The notes under the pieces were generated by a model that was given only the letters and a program-made list of their open reading frames with translations, did no database searches and was not told the origin of the DNA. The translations under genes and the position numbers were made by a program. From Anthoceros angustus (taxonomy: Eukaryota; Plantae; Anthocerotophyta), in NCBI GenBank assembly GCA_010909165.1, contig MU008210.1, positions 124,001 to 188,000 on the forward strand: a stretch of 64,000 bases of DNA, given 5' to 3'. Shown piece by piece: positions 32,560 to 43,699 of the stretch. How positions within the stretch are numbered: position 1 is the stretch's first letter; each line of letters opens with the position of its first letter.

Positions 32560-33790
32560 GGAGATTAGAACGCGAGGGGCGTTCATGCCCAAGGTATTTG
32601 TTGAGCGTGAAGTGCAAGTTCACGGAGCATGGAATCATGCCGGATGGTTGTCCAGGAAGGGCGGTCTTTCTCCATAAAGCCGCACCCTATTGCCTAAGGA
32701 AGGCATCTGTACAAACTTGGGCGGACGAGAGATCCACGGTGTCTCGGTTAAGGAGGCTACTCGTCACGGGCGCATGCGCGGAGGGTGGTGGACACTATTC
32801 TGCAGTGACCGTTAAGAAGATTTTGAATGCGGGTTTTGGTGGCTACGATGCAAAAGGATGTGTGGGAGTTCACTCGGAGGTGTGATGCGTGTCGAGGGTT
32901 GGGCGGCCTCGTTGTCGACACAATGGCCTCTTACCTACATCTTACCGCTAGCACCTTCGAGAAGTGGGGAATCGATTTCGTGGGACCAATCAAACCACCA
33001 ACGCAATGGACGAGGCGTACATTTTGGTGGCTACGGATTATTGCACAAGATGGTGGAGGCAAGCAACGAGGAAGGACGACGCACTGCGGTAAAGTTTTAT
33101 TCGAGAACATCATAACGATGGATGTCCTTTAGAGTTGGTCATGACCGGGGACACATTTCCTCAACTCTGTCATTGAGTCCCTAACCACCTACTTCAACAT
33201 TCGGCATCGAAAGACGACCCCCTACAACCCCAAGGCGAACGGATTGACGGAGAAGACGAACGGGTTGCTATGCACAATCCTCACCAAGGTAACTGTAACG
33301 CATATGTATGACTGGGATGCCAAATTGCATTCGGCACTGTGGGCTTACAGGACCGCGGAGAAGGTAACCACCAAGAAGACCCCTTATTATCTAACGTATG
33401 GCATGTCACCTGTGATGCCCGTGGAATTTGAAGTACCTACCTACAGGATCATGGAGGATGAACGCATGACTGTAGAAGATAGCCAGGTAGCTAGACTAGA
33501 ATCGTTCATAGAGCAGGAGGAACGTAGGGAGGATGCTTTAGAGGAAACCCAGCGGATTCAGGAACTCAGGAAGGACAGGCATGATGGGGTTGAGGAAGCA
33601 AGAGGCTATCGTGGACGGGGATTTGGTTCTTCTATATGATAGTCGGTACCTAGACTTTCCAGGGAAGCTTAGGCTAAGGTGGATGGGACCTTACGAGGTA
33701 GTCAGATACGAGAATGGATCATGCAACTCGGGTATTGCGGTGATTGCCGAGTAGAATGGGTGGAAGGTCAAGAAGTACCTGGTACTGTTT
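32560..33790 (+). pseudogene. pol: Integrase (Zn-binding region, rve core, GPY region), frameshifted
   Basis: [63 protein letters not shown] and [11 protein letters not shown]. Confidence 0.92.
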
Positions 33791-33806
33791 GCGAGGACGC
33801 AACAGT

Positions 33807-33819
33807 GAGGTGGGGAGTA
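33807..33819 (+). other. Polypurine tract (GAGGTGGGGAGTA)
   Basis: Directly precedes TGTGGAACG. Confidence 0.85.
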
Positions 33820-36800
33820 TGTGGAACGTAAAGTTTGGGCAACCAGCCCAAAAGAGTCGAACAAGTTTGATTTTTTGGCTAGACCGATTGAAGAGGAGCA
33901 TGCCGAAAATTTTGAGAATCTTGAAGCTGAGTTGTAATATTGTTAGGAAGGAAAAGGATATCCGAAGAAGAACGGTCAAACGACCCCGAAGGCGGAGGCG
34001 TCGAAGGTTGGTGGTGCGGACTACCACGGTGCCACCTCGGTAGGTGAGAAAAGCGGACTACAGTGGTAGCGGGACAGTGGTCGAATCTCAAAAAAAAAAG
34101 AATATAGGATATCCACTATATATGCTCATCAATAGGGAATAAATATATAAGTAATTAGAAGTGATTAATTAGGATAGCGAGATAGGAAAATAGATAGAAT
34201 TAGGATTTTGGAATGATGAAAATCTAGGGTTGTGGCCGCCGGTGGCGACATCCAAAGGAGGCAAAGTGCGGTTTGGCGGCGCCAACTTCCTCTTGAGCTT
34301 GGGCGCTCACTTAGGCTGGAGGCGAGAGAAGGAAGAGAAGGCGCCATCGCGCGCCAGCGAGGAAGGCGGTGAGAACCCTAGCGAGAAAAGGAGAAGGAAG
34401 AGAGCTCGGGTGCTCTCCTCGAAAGGTCGAATGGAGGAAGGCGGAGGCGGAGGCCAAGGCGGGGCGCGAGGTTGGAGGAGGCGTGAAGGAAAGTGAGAAG
34501 GAGGGCTCGCGACCACACCGCGGCGCCACTGGAAGAATCGGGAGGAAATGGCAGCGGGAGAGGCTCACAACTACGTGTGTGCCTCGGGGGGGTGTTGCAC
34601 CGAGAAAAGGAGTGTTTGAGTGGCTTGGAGCCTGTTGGAGTAATTCCTTCCTTTGAAGCTTGAGAAGGAAGGAGCCATGCCTCGAGCTGGAAAGGCAAGG
34701 GAAGGAGCCGCTGGGCTCTTCCTCGAGGAGGAAAAGGAAAAGGAGGCTCGCGAGGAAAAGGAAAAGCGGGGGCTGCCGCCGAGGGAGGTGAACTTGTGAT
34801 GCCCCAATTCACTTGCTTTCGGCTCAACCCCGATTTGGTTGATTTTCGTGGGCGAGGAGGATAACATCCAATTGGGATGGGTGTATGGCCGCCAATGGGC
34901 CTACACCAATTTGGAATTGATTGAGGAGTGTTTCATCAACCTCCATCAATCGAGGCCCCCGCTGGAGAGGAATGCTCGACGGATCCATTCTGGACCGTAA
35001 GGAGCATTCGGCAGTGTATGGGAGGCCGAGAGCTCGGGTGCTCTCCTCGAAAGGTCGAATGGAGGAAGAGGACTCGACATCCAGAGTTCCTCGACATGAT
35101 GGATGGAGGAGGTGAAGGCCCACGCCAAGAATGGTGGAAGGAGAGCATCAAGGAGTGAAGTGGAGGCTCTTCGCAAAGATTGTCTGGGGTTGGTAAATTA
35201 CCAACGCTTATTTCAGCACCAACTTCCTCCAATTTTGTGGAAGATTTCCATGGAGCCAAGCCGATTGGGGACCATCATGTATGAGGCCTACATCCACCAG
35301 GAAGCTCCTCAAGCCAAATTCGTGGATGAGGAAGGCCAAGGCCCCTCTTAGCACCTATTTGGTGCATTTGTGGGAAAGCGGAGGGCTTCTCACAAGCAAG
35401 GAGCTTGAAGATGCATGGCATCCTTTGAGATAATCCATCTCAACCGAGGTTGGAAAGGCCTTTTGCCTTTTGCATTGGAAGACGGTGGGAGGTCGACCTC
35501 CACAAGCAAGGAGGAGAAGATGGAGGCAACAAGGTTGCGGGAGTGGGGCTTTCCCCACAGAGCAAGCGGGAGAGGAGGCGGCCAAGAGGAATGGTGGTCT
35601 ATGAGGAGGAGGTGATGGCCAAGGTGGGGAGTCCCACCATCTTGTGCCTAGGAGAGGCACCCGGCCTACCGGTGGGAGGCGGCCTACCCAAGGGTGGGCG
35701 GACTACCGTGGTAGACCACCACATGGGCGGACTACCGTGGGTGACCACCTACCACGGTAGGAGGCAGCCTACCCAAGGGTGGGCAGCCCCTGGCGGTGGA
35801 AGGGAAGGAAAGCAGCACGGCCGAGGCCACCATCTTGCGCTGGGAGGCGGATGGAGCGGCGGTGAGGGACCCGCCGCGCGATGGCCCAGTCAGGGAGGAA
35901 TTTCGCAAGAAGAGAGGGGGTGGGGAGTCCCACCATCTTGTGCCTAGGAGAGGCACCCGGTAGGCGGCCTACCCAAGGGTGGGCGGACTACCGTGGTAGA
36001 CCTACAGTGGTGACTACCGCAGTGGGGGCAGCCTACCCGGCGAGCACCCTCGCCGTGGCGCCTCGGTAGGGAAGGGAAGGAGAAGATAGCGGTCCGGCAA
36101 TTGGGCCGAGGCCACCACGCATTGGGAGGAAGGGATGGAGCGGCGGTGAGGGACCCGCCGCGCGATGGCCCAGTGCGGGAGGCTGGAAATTTCCAGCAAG
36201 AAGGTAGAGGGGGTGGGACCCCTAGGAGAATTGGGTGCTTGTGAAGCACTCAGTGTGGATTTGAAGGGGCTAGGACCTAGCAGCCTCCTTGTGGGCATGC
36301 CAAGAGGAGAAATCTCAAGACATGGCGGGAGGCGGGGACTAAATGGCAATTGGAGGCCATGGAGTCCGATGAAAAGGCGCCAAGTGGAAAAGGCTGAGAA
36401 GCTCCAAGCGACCTCATGGATCCGGAGAAGGTCCTAGAGGGAAGGTTGTCAAAGAAGAGCCATCGGACCACCCAACGGATTCATGGAGGCAGGCGGAGGA
36501 GCATTTTGCCCAATTAGAGCAAGAGCGAAGGGCAGAGGCTCTCGGGAAGGAGAAGATAGCGGTCCAGAATGGGCGGTGATGGCTACCAAGCCATCAAGAT
36601 CCGGACATGGAAGAGGAATTGAGAAGGATCGGTTCAATTTGGAGAGAAGCGCTGGGCTAAAATTCAAGACCGGTGCAAGTGGAGAGCGGAGTGCTTGTGA
36701 AGCACTCGGCCGTGTGGATTTGAAGGGGCTAGGGACTAGCCCTCCTTGTGGGCATGCCAAGGAGTGAAAGCCCAAGACATGGTGGGAGGAAGGCGGGGAC

Positions 36801-39378
36801 TAAATGGCAATTGGAGGCCATGGAGTCCGATGAAGGCAAAGCGGAAAAGGCTGTAGAAGAAGCTCGACCTCATGGATGGCGGGCAAAGTCTGGAGGAAGG
36901 TGTCGGCTAAGAGAGCTATTCGGGCGACAACCAGCAGGATTCATGGAGGCAGGCGGAGGAGCACTTTGCCCAATTAGAGCAAGAAACGAAAGGGCAAAAG
37001 AGGCTCTCGGGGGGAAGATAGCGGTCCGGCAATTGGCCAGAGCGGTGATGGCTACCCAAGCCATCAGATCCGGACATGGAAGAGGAATTGCGAAGGATCG
37101 GTTCAATTTGGAGAGAAGCGCTGGAGCTAAGCTCAAGACCTGCAAGAAATGAGCGAGAGGTGCTTGGCAGGAGAAGGTTGCCAAGCAAATGGCTTGGAAC
37201 AAAGGAGGTTCCAAGAGGAGCACCACAAGAAGGTGGTGCAGAATCTTGGTAGTAAGGAAGCGATTTTGGGCGGACTATGCCCTTGAGCAAAATTGGCCAG
37301 CCATAAAGGAAGAGGGAGGAAAATGTATCCCTCCATGTCAAGGTGGGGGAATTGACCACCTCAAGGGATGCCTACAAAGGTAGGTGTGAAGATGGAGAGT
37401 GGCCCACGGAGATTGATGATCTCCAAATGCAATATCATAGCTTGGGGGCTCACCTCCACAATAGAATTTTGAAGGCCAACAATGAGATCTTGCGTTTGGC
37501 CAAGAGGAGGACATTGGGTCCTCATGATGATGAAAGGGCGAGTGCAGCCGAGGCCTCCGATTTTGATGAGGCCATCGTGAAATGGACTCAGGAATCGAGA
37601 GTCGGGGAGATGAGGAGCGGCCGTGGCGCCAAGGTGGAAGATGGCGCGAGAGCAAGGAGGGGACAGCCCACCCTCACGGGGTCAACCTACCACGGTGGGT
37701 GACCACCTACCACGGTAGTCTGCCGGACTACCGTGGTGGCCACCAGGTGATGCCGGACTCGGGGTGCAGTGAGGCGCGGCCTGGGCCGGGGGAGTGGGCC
37801 GGTGGTATACCAGAAGAGGGGGTGGGAGACAACCCCACCGGAGGAGAGACGGGGCAGGACCAGGCCGGAGGAAGAAGGAGGGTGAGAAGTTCCCTCACGA
37901 GCAAGGAGGGGGGCGGGAGAGAGTCAAGCAAAAGGGCCGGAGAAGTTAGACATCGGTGACAATTGGGGAAGACTCTTTGAAGATGCTCCATGGATAGGTA
38001 TGGACAAACCAAAGAAGGAAGGAGCAAGAACTCACCCAGAGGCATCGGATGGAGAAGAAGAAGGAGAGGGCGGACTACCATGGTAGGTAGTCACCTAGTC
38101 GCGGACTACCGCGGTAGTGTGACGAGCGGCAGGCGGAGAGGCTGGAAAGGCGCTAGGTGCGGGAGGCGCGATTCTGGAAGGAAGAGGAATAGGCGCCGCG
38201 GAGATGGAGGAAGGGCAGATTGTACTTGCCCCACACATTAGGCGACAAGATGGGAAGGGCAGAGCAAAAGGAGGCGAGGGAGCCAATCCACAAGACATGT
38301 CACCACCCCAAGATAAGACTAGAATGGTCAATGACCATAAATGAGCTTTGGGGAATAGGAAGGATAGGTGGTGTGGTGACATCCTTTAAGGATGATCTTA
38401 GGTGAAGTTACTAGAATAGAATTTACCAAGGATACAATAGACTTAGGTGCGGACATTAAATCTTGGTAGGAAATAATAGAAAATTGGAAAAGGTGACTGC
38501 AGAGGGTCACCTAAGGGAGGTTGTATGTGGAAGGCCTCCTATAAGAGGAGGAGGATTTCACAAAGTAAAGTATCATGTCTTGCGCTTCCACCTCATCGAG
38601 TCCTTTGCCATTCTGAGGAATTTCGTGCGTGAGCCAACCGTCTGGTAGAGAGGAAGTCGCGGTGGTCGGAGTGCTTGGTGGAGGACTTGCTCTGCAAGTG
38701 CCTAAACGAGTTGCTCCCCTTGTGAATGGTTGTTGTGAAATTGCTTTGCTTTGGGTGTGTGGCAAATGCCGGGGAACTCTCGGGTAGACTAGGAAAGACT
38801 CCCTGGCGCTCGTGGTGTCAAACTCATAGCAACCGCCCAAGGAAGAACTTCTGGTGGAGGCCGACCCAGGCGGTTGTGCGTGGGCGGTCGATGGCCAGGC
38901 GAGGTTAGAATAGGAGGAAGAGGATGAGGAGATGAGAAGATGAGTAGAGGATTAGAGGTGTAGGTGTTAGTGGAAGGCCACAGGCGAGCCTAAGGGACGA
39001 ATCCCAAATGCAAGTAAAGCGCTCCACAGTGGAGAAGAGTGGTCTTAGAAGTAGGGACGAAATCGCGGTGTGGATCGGGGGTCCACAGGCGCCGTGATAG
39101 GCTCCTCACTGAGGCGGGACACCAATTGTGTTGTGTCGTTGTAGGTCGATTGGTGATTTTTGGCGGTGCAAGTGGTGCAGGCTGTAAGAGGAGAGTAGAG
39201 GCGCCTTGCTTGTTTAGAAGGCTGAGAAGTTGTGTCTGCGGTGGCGATTGGTGACACAAGGCCTCGAACTTTCACACAAGTCTCATGGGACGAAACCCAA
39301 CGTACGAAGCGACAGTGGGATAAGTGTGGCCGCTATAGTGGGAGGACCTCGGGAGTGCCCCGGGTTTTCCCTACCACA
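33820..39378 (+). repeat. Complete 3' LTR of family B (5559 bp including local duplications)
   Basis: TGTGG...CCACA termini. PPT before, unrelated sequence after. Confidence 0.88.
34230..38340 (+). pseudogene. LTR-encoded accessory ORF of family B
   Basis: VKAHAKNG...LGLVNYQR...GTIMYEAY core at ~35100-35300. RDAYKGRCEDGEW...HLHNRILKANNEILRLAKRR in ORF 37343-37702. Confidence 0.7.
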
Positions 39379-42300
39379 GCACCATGTGAGCAAGTTGATC
39401 CACCTTCTCCTCTCGAGCTGCCAATTGCTTGGCAAGAGCCTTGTTCTCTCGAATATGATTGTTTGCCTCCTGTAGCCTTGTTTCAAGACTCTTTTCCAAG
39501 TGCTCCACTTGAGCCTCCATCCTTATAACATCCTCCACTTGGGTTTTCCGCTCGCCTACCGCAATTTCCCTTGCTTGGTAGGTCCTTGTCTTCTCGCCTC
39601 CGTCTTCAAGAATTCAACTCTCCTCTTGGCGGCTCCTATGTCTACCTTGCTGAACATCTCCCCTATGCGCATCTCCTCCAACATGTCTAAGTCTCCTTTC
39701 TTACCTCGGAGACTCAAGGCCTTTGCCTTGCTCATGGGATCTTACATCCCTTGCTTCCCTATGATGAGCTCCCGCTCATCACTTGGTGGGCAACTCCTCC
39801 CACCGTGACTCCATCCGCTCGCCCACCTAGCAGGGCGGTTGCCTTCTTATCTCCTCTTGGGAGCTTCCAAACCGTGACTTCCTTTCCCTCCTACCGTGGT
39901 AGGAGGTGCTCCCCGTAGGACTACTTCCTACCGTGGTAGGACTAATTCCTATTGTAGGCCTTGTCATGAGAGGACGAAGGGGTCCCAAACCCTTGTGGGA
40001 ACACCTCCCACCCTCGCGGCGGGATTCTGCCATGGTAGGATCTATCCTACCTTCCATCTCCGCATCCTCCGCGGTCCAAACTTCAAATCCCCTACAACTT
40101 CTCCTTGCAAGTCCTCCTGCATCCTCGGCCTATCTTTGGAGGATTCCTTCCAATAATGTCGGTGGTCTGCGGCACCTCCTTTAGCGCAAAGCACCAAGCA
40201 CTCCTGTCCCTCTCACAGGCGTAAGTACACAATGTTAAAGGGATGCTTGGAATCATCCAACTCCTTACTTGTGAGTAGCCCTCTACTTCCCACAAATGCA
40301 CTAGATGCTTGGAATCATCCAACTCCTTACTTGTGAGTAGCCCTCTACTTCCCACAAATGCACTAGATAAGTGCTAAGATAGCATCTTCATCCAAGGCGT
40401 TGGGTTTGACAACTTTTCCGGTGGTAGGTGTATGCTTCATACATGATGAGCCCCCAATCCGGCTTCGCTCCTTGGTGATCTTCCACAGAAAATGGAGGAA
40501 GGTAGTGCTGAAATATGACACCCTTGGATTGCTCACCAAGCCCAAAACAATTCTTGTGAACAATCTCCACTTGGGCTCCAAGATTTGGTCCGTCCGCCAA
40601 CCGTTCTTGGACTTAGCCTTCATGCCCCCTTGCATAAGTGTAAGGGCTCCCTTGGGAAGATCCGCCGTTGATGCACGCTTGCCTCCACTCGTTCCTTCCA
40701 TCAACGTGATTCCGCTATCCTCGCTATCCGGCCTGCCATATACCTGTCGTATGCTCCTTACGGTCCAACATCGTGGATCCGTCCGTGCGTTCCTATCCGT
40801 AAGGCAGCCAATTCCTCTTCCGTCTGTTGCAGATTAGCAAAACACTCCTCTATCAATTCAAGGTTGGTGTAAGACCAATGTCGCCCATACACCCACTCTA
40901 GCTGAATATTCTCCTCTGCTGCCCAAGGTCGAAAGTCGAAAGGTCTCTAGAGGATAGCTGGCCCTACGTAAATAAGGGCATGTCAAATTTCCACCCTCAG
41001 TGATCCTCCTGCCTTAGACCTCTTGCCTCCTGCGCCACCTCCTTGGTGGACGCTCCTTCCTTAGCTGCTACCTCCTTGCCCTTGGTCATGGTAGGCTTGG
41101 TCATGGCCTCCTTGGTTAGTACTTGCACGAAATTGAAGAAAAGTGATGCCTCTCCTGCAATTCCTGCAGCTCCTGCCAGCTTCTTATCCTTGCAAACGTT
41201 TCTCCTCCTCCTCAGCGATTTGCTCTTGCTCACAGCTCAAAGGTCCTTGCCCTTGCTCTCCTCCTGCAGTCCTTACACCTTGGCGTCCCCAGAAACCCCG
41301 ATTTTTCCTGCAAGAGAAAGCTCAACAAAATTCCCCCACGGACTCTTACACCTGCCACAGCAATTTAGGAGCCCTTCCTGCACGGTTTCCTAGCAATCTT
41401 GCCACGCTCCACCCTCCTAGGCACCCTCACGAGCTTGGCAAGTGTTGGGTTGCGCCCCAACCTTCTTCTCCCTTCTCTTCTTCCTCTTTTTCCTCCTTCT
41501 TCCTCTCTTGGGCGCTGGATTTCCGCCTCCTTGCTGAGCTTGCGCCCTCCTTCTCCTCTCGGCAGGCGCGTGTGCGGCGTTGCTGTATGGGGCCTTGGGC
41601 AGCTTGAGGTGTGGCGGGCGCCTTCTGGTGGAGTCTCCTCAAGTTTCGAGTTGTGGCCTCCTGCGCTGCGCCACCTCCTTGGTGGACGCTCCTTCCTTAG
41701 CTACTACCTCCTTGCCCTTGGTCATGGTAGGCTTGGTCATGGCCTCCTTGGTTAGTACTTGCACGAAATTGAAGAAAAGTGATGCCTCTCCGCAATTCCT
41801 GCGGCTCCTGCCCGACTTCTTATCCTTGCAAAGCGTTTCTCCTCCTCCTCGGGATTTGCTCTTGCTCACAGCTCAAAGGTCCTTGCCCTTGCTCTCCTCC
41901 TGCAGTCCTTACACCTTGGCGTCCCAAACCCCGATTTCTCCTGCAGAAAGCTCAACAAAATTCCCCACGGACTCTTACACCTGCAGCAATTTAGGAGCCC
42001 TTCCTGCACGGTTTCCTAGCAATCTTGCCACGCTCCACCCTCCTAGGCACCCTCACGAGCTTGGCAAGTGTTGGGTTGCGCCCCCTTCTTCTCCCTTCTC
42101 TTCTTCCTCTTTTCCTCCTTCTTCCTCTCTTGGGCGCTGGATTTCGCCTCCTTCTGAGCTTGCGCCCTCCTTCTCCTCTCGGCAGGCGCGTGTGCGGCGT
42201 TGCTGTATGGGGCCTTGGGCAGCTTGAGGTGTGGCGGGCGCCTTCTGGTGGAGTCTCCTCAAGTTTCGAGTTGTGGCCTCCTGCGCTGCGCCACCTCCTT

Positions 42301-43660
42301 GGTGGACGCTCCTTCCTTAGCTACTACCTCCTTGCCCTTGGTCATGGTAGGCTTGGTCATGGCCTCCTTGGTTAGTACTTGCACGAAATTGAAGAAAAGT
42401 GATGCCTCTCCGCAATTCCTGCGGCTCCGACTTCTTATCCTTGCAAACGTTTCTCCTCCTCCTGATTTGCTCTTGCTCACAGCTCAAAGGTCCTTGCTTC
42501 CTCTCCTCCTTACACCTTGGCGTCCCACCCGATTTTCCTGCAGAAAGCTCAACAAAATTCCCCACGGACTCTTACACACCACGCAATTTAGGAGCCCTTC
42601 CTGCACGGTTTCCTAGCAATCTTGCCACGCTCCACCCTCCTAGGCACCCTCACGAGCTTGGCAAGTGTTGGGTTGCGCCCCAACCTTCTTCTCCCTTCTC
42701 TTCTTCCTCTTTTCCTCCTTCTTCCTCTCTTGGGCGCTGGATTTCGCCTCCTTGAGCTTGCGCCCTCCTTCTCCTCCTCACACAGGCGCGTGTACGGTAG
42801 CGTTGCTGTATGGGGCCTTGGGCAGCTTGAGGTGTGGCGGCGCCTTCTGGTGAGGCCGTCTCCTCAAGTTTCTGAGTTGTGGCCTCCTGCAGGCACCTGC
42901 AGCCACTTTTATAAGTCACCCAAGGGTTAGAAAAAGTAACTACCATTCTATCCTGCCCTTGGATGTGTGCCACGTGGCCCCTTTCCCACCATTGATGTTA
43001 GTTTCCTAATTTCCTTATACTAAAATACCAATTTCTCCTATTTTCTAATTTCTAATTATTGGAAATTAGCCTCTAATTTCTTAATTACCTATTTTGGCCT
43101 ATTTATCTAGTCCACTAAAAGACCCTATATATAGCAAGCCTATCCTGCCTAAAACATAAGCTACTTTCCTTAGCAACCTATCTCCTCGTGGTAGGACATC
43201 CTCCTACCATGGTAGGCGTTTTCCCTTTCTCCTACCACGGTAGGAGTTTCTCTCTGGGTAGGATACCTTCCTACCCTCTCCTACCATGGTAGGAGCTATT
43301 CCTACTGGTAGGTGATCAAAACACTAGCGGTCATCCTCCTCGGTGGTAGGATCTCCTACCCTCGTCTACCACATGGTGGTAGGAGTTTCTCCTACCCTCG
43401 TCTACCATGGTAGGAGTTTCTCCTCCTCGGTGGTAGGACACCTCCTACCACTCATGTAGGTTACCTTTTCTCCTCACCAGGTCGTTTTGACCCGTTTCTT
43501 TTCCACTGCATATCCTCTGCCTTCCCCATGGTCCTACAACTCCCGCTCAAAAGGAGCAAAAATTTCCTTGCATGTCTTCACCAAACCATTTCTAGCAAAG
43601 AGTGTGGGCTGTTCAAAGCAAACTCATTTAAGCTTGTTGCCCAAACTTTTGCGTTCCACA
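39379..43660 (-). repeat. Truncated 3' LTR of element IV with a ~625 bp triplication (41030-42890)
   Basis: Starts TGTGGAACG after the PPT. Collinear with ~56380-59172. Confidence 0.88.
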
Positions 43661-43673
43661 TACTCCCCTCCTC
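43661..43673 (-). other. Polypurine tract (GAGGAGGGGAGTA)
   Basis: Identical to 2309-2321. Confidence 0.85.
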
Positions 43674-43699
43674 ACCTGTTTGCGTCCTCGCAAACAACA

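Larger units (their letters stand above)
26335..39378 (+). mobile_element. Gypsy element III (family B): 5'-truncated gag-pol plus complete 3' LTR
   Basis: Order is gag, PR, RT, RH, INT, PPT, LTR. The 3' end CCACA abuts family A LTR sequence at 39379. Confidence 0.92.

Noticed and set aside
31600-32560. Tat/Ogre-type additional RNase H
   Set aside because: No FDGAS, NNxAEYEA or GDS-like motifs in any frame examined.
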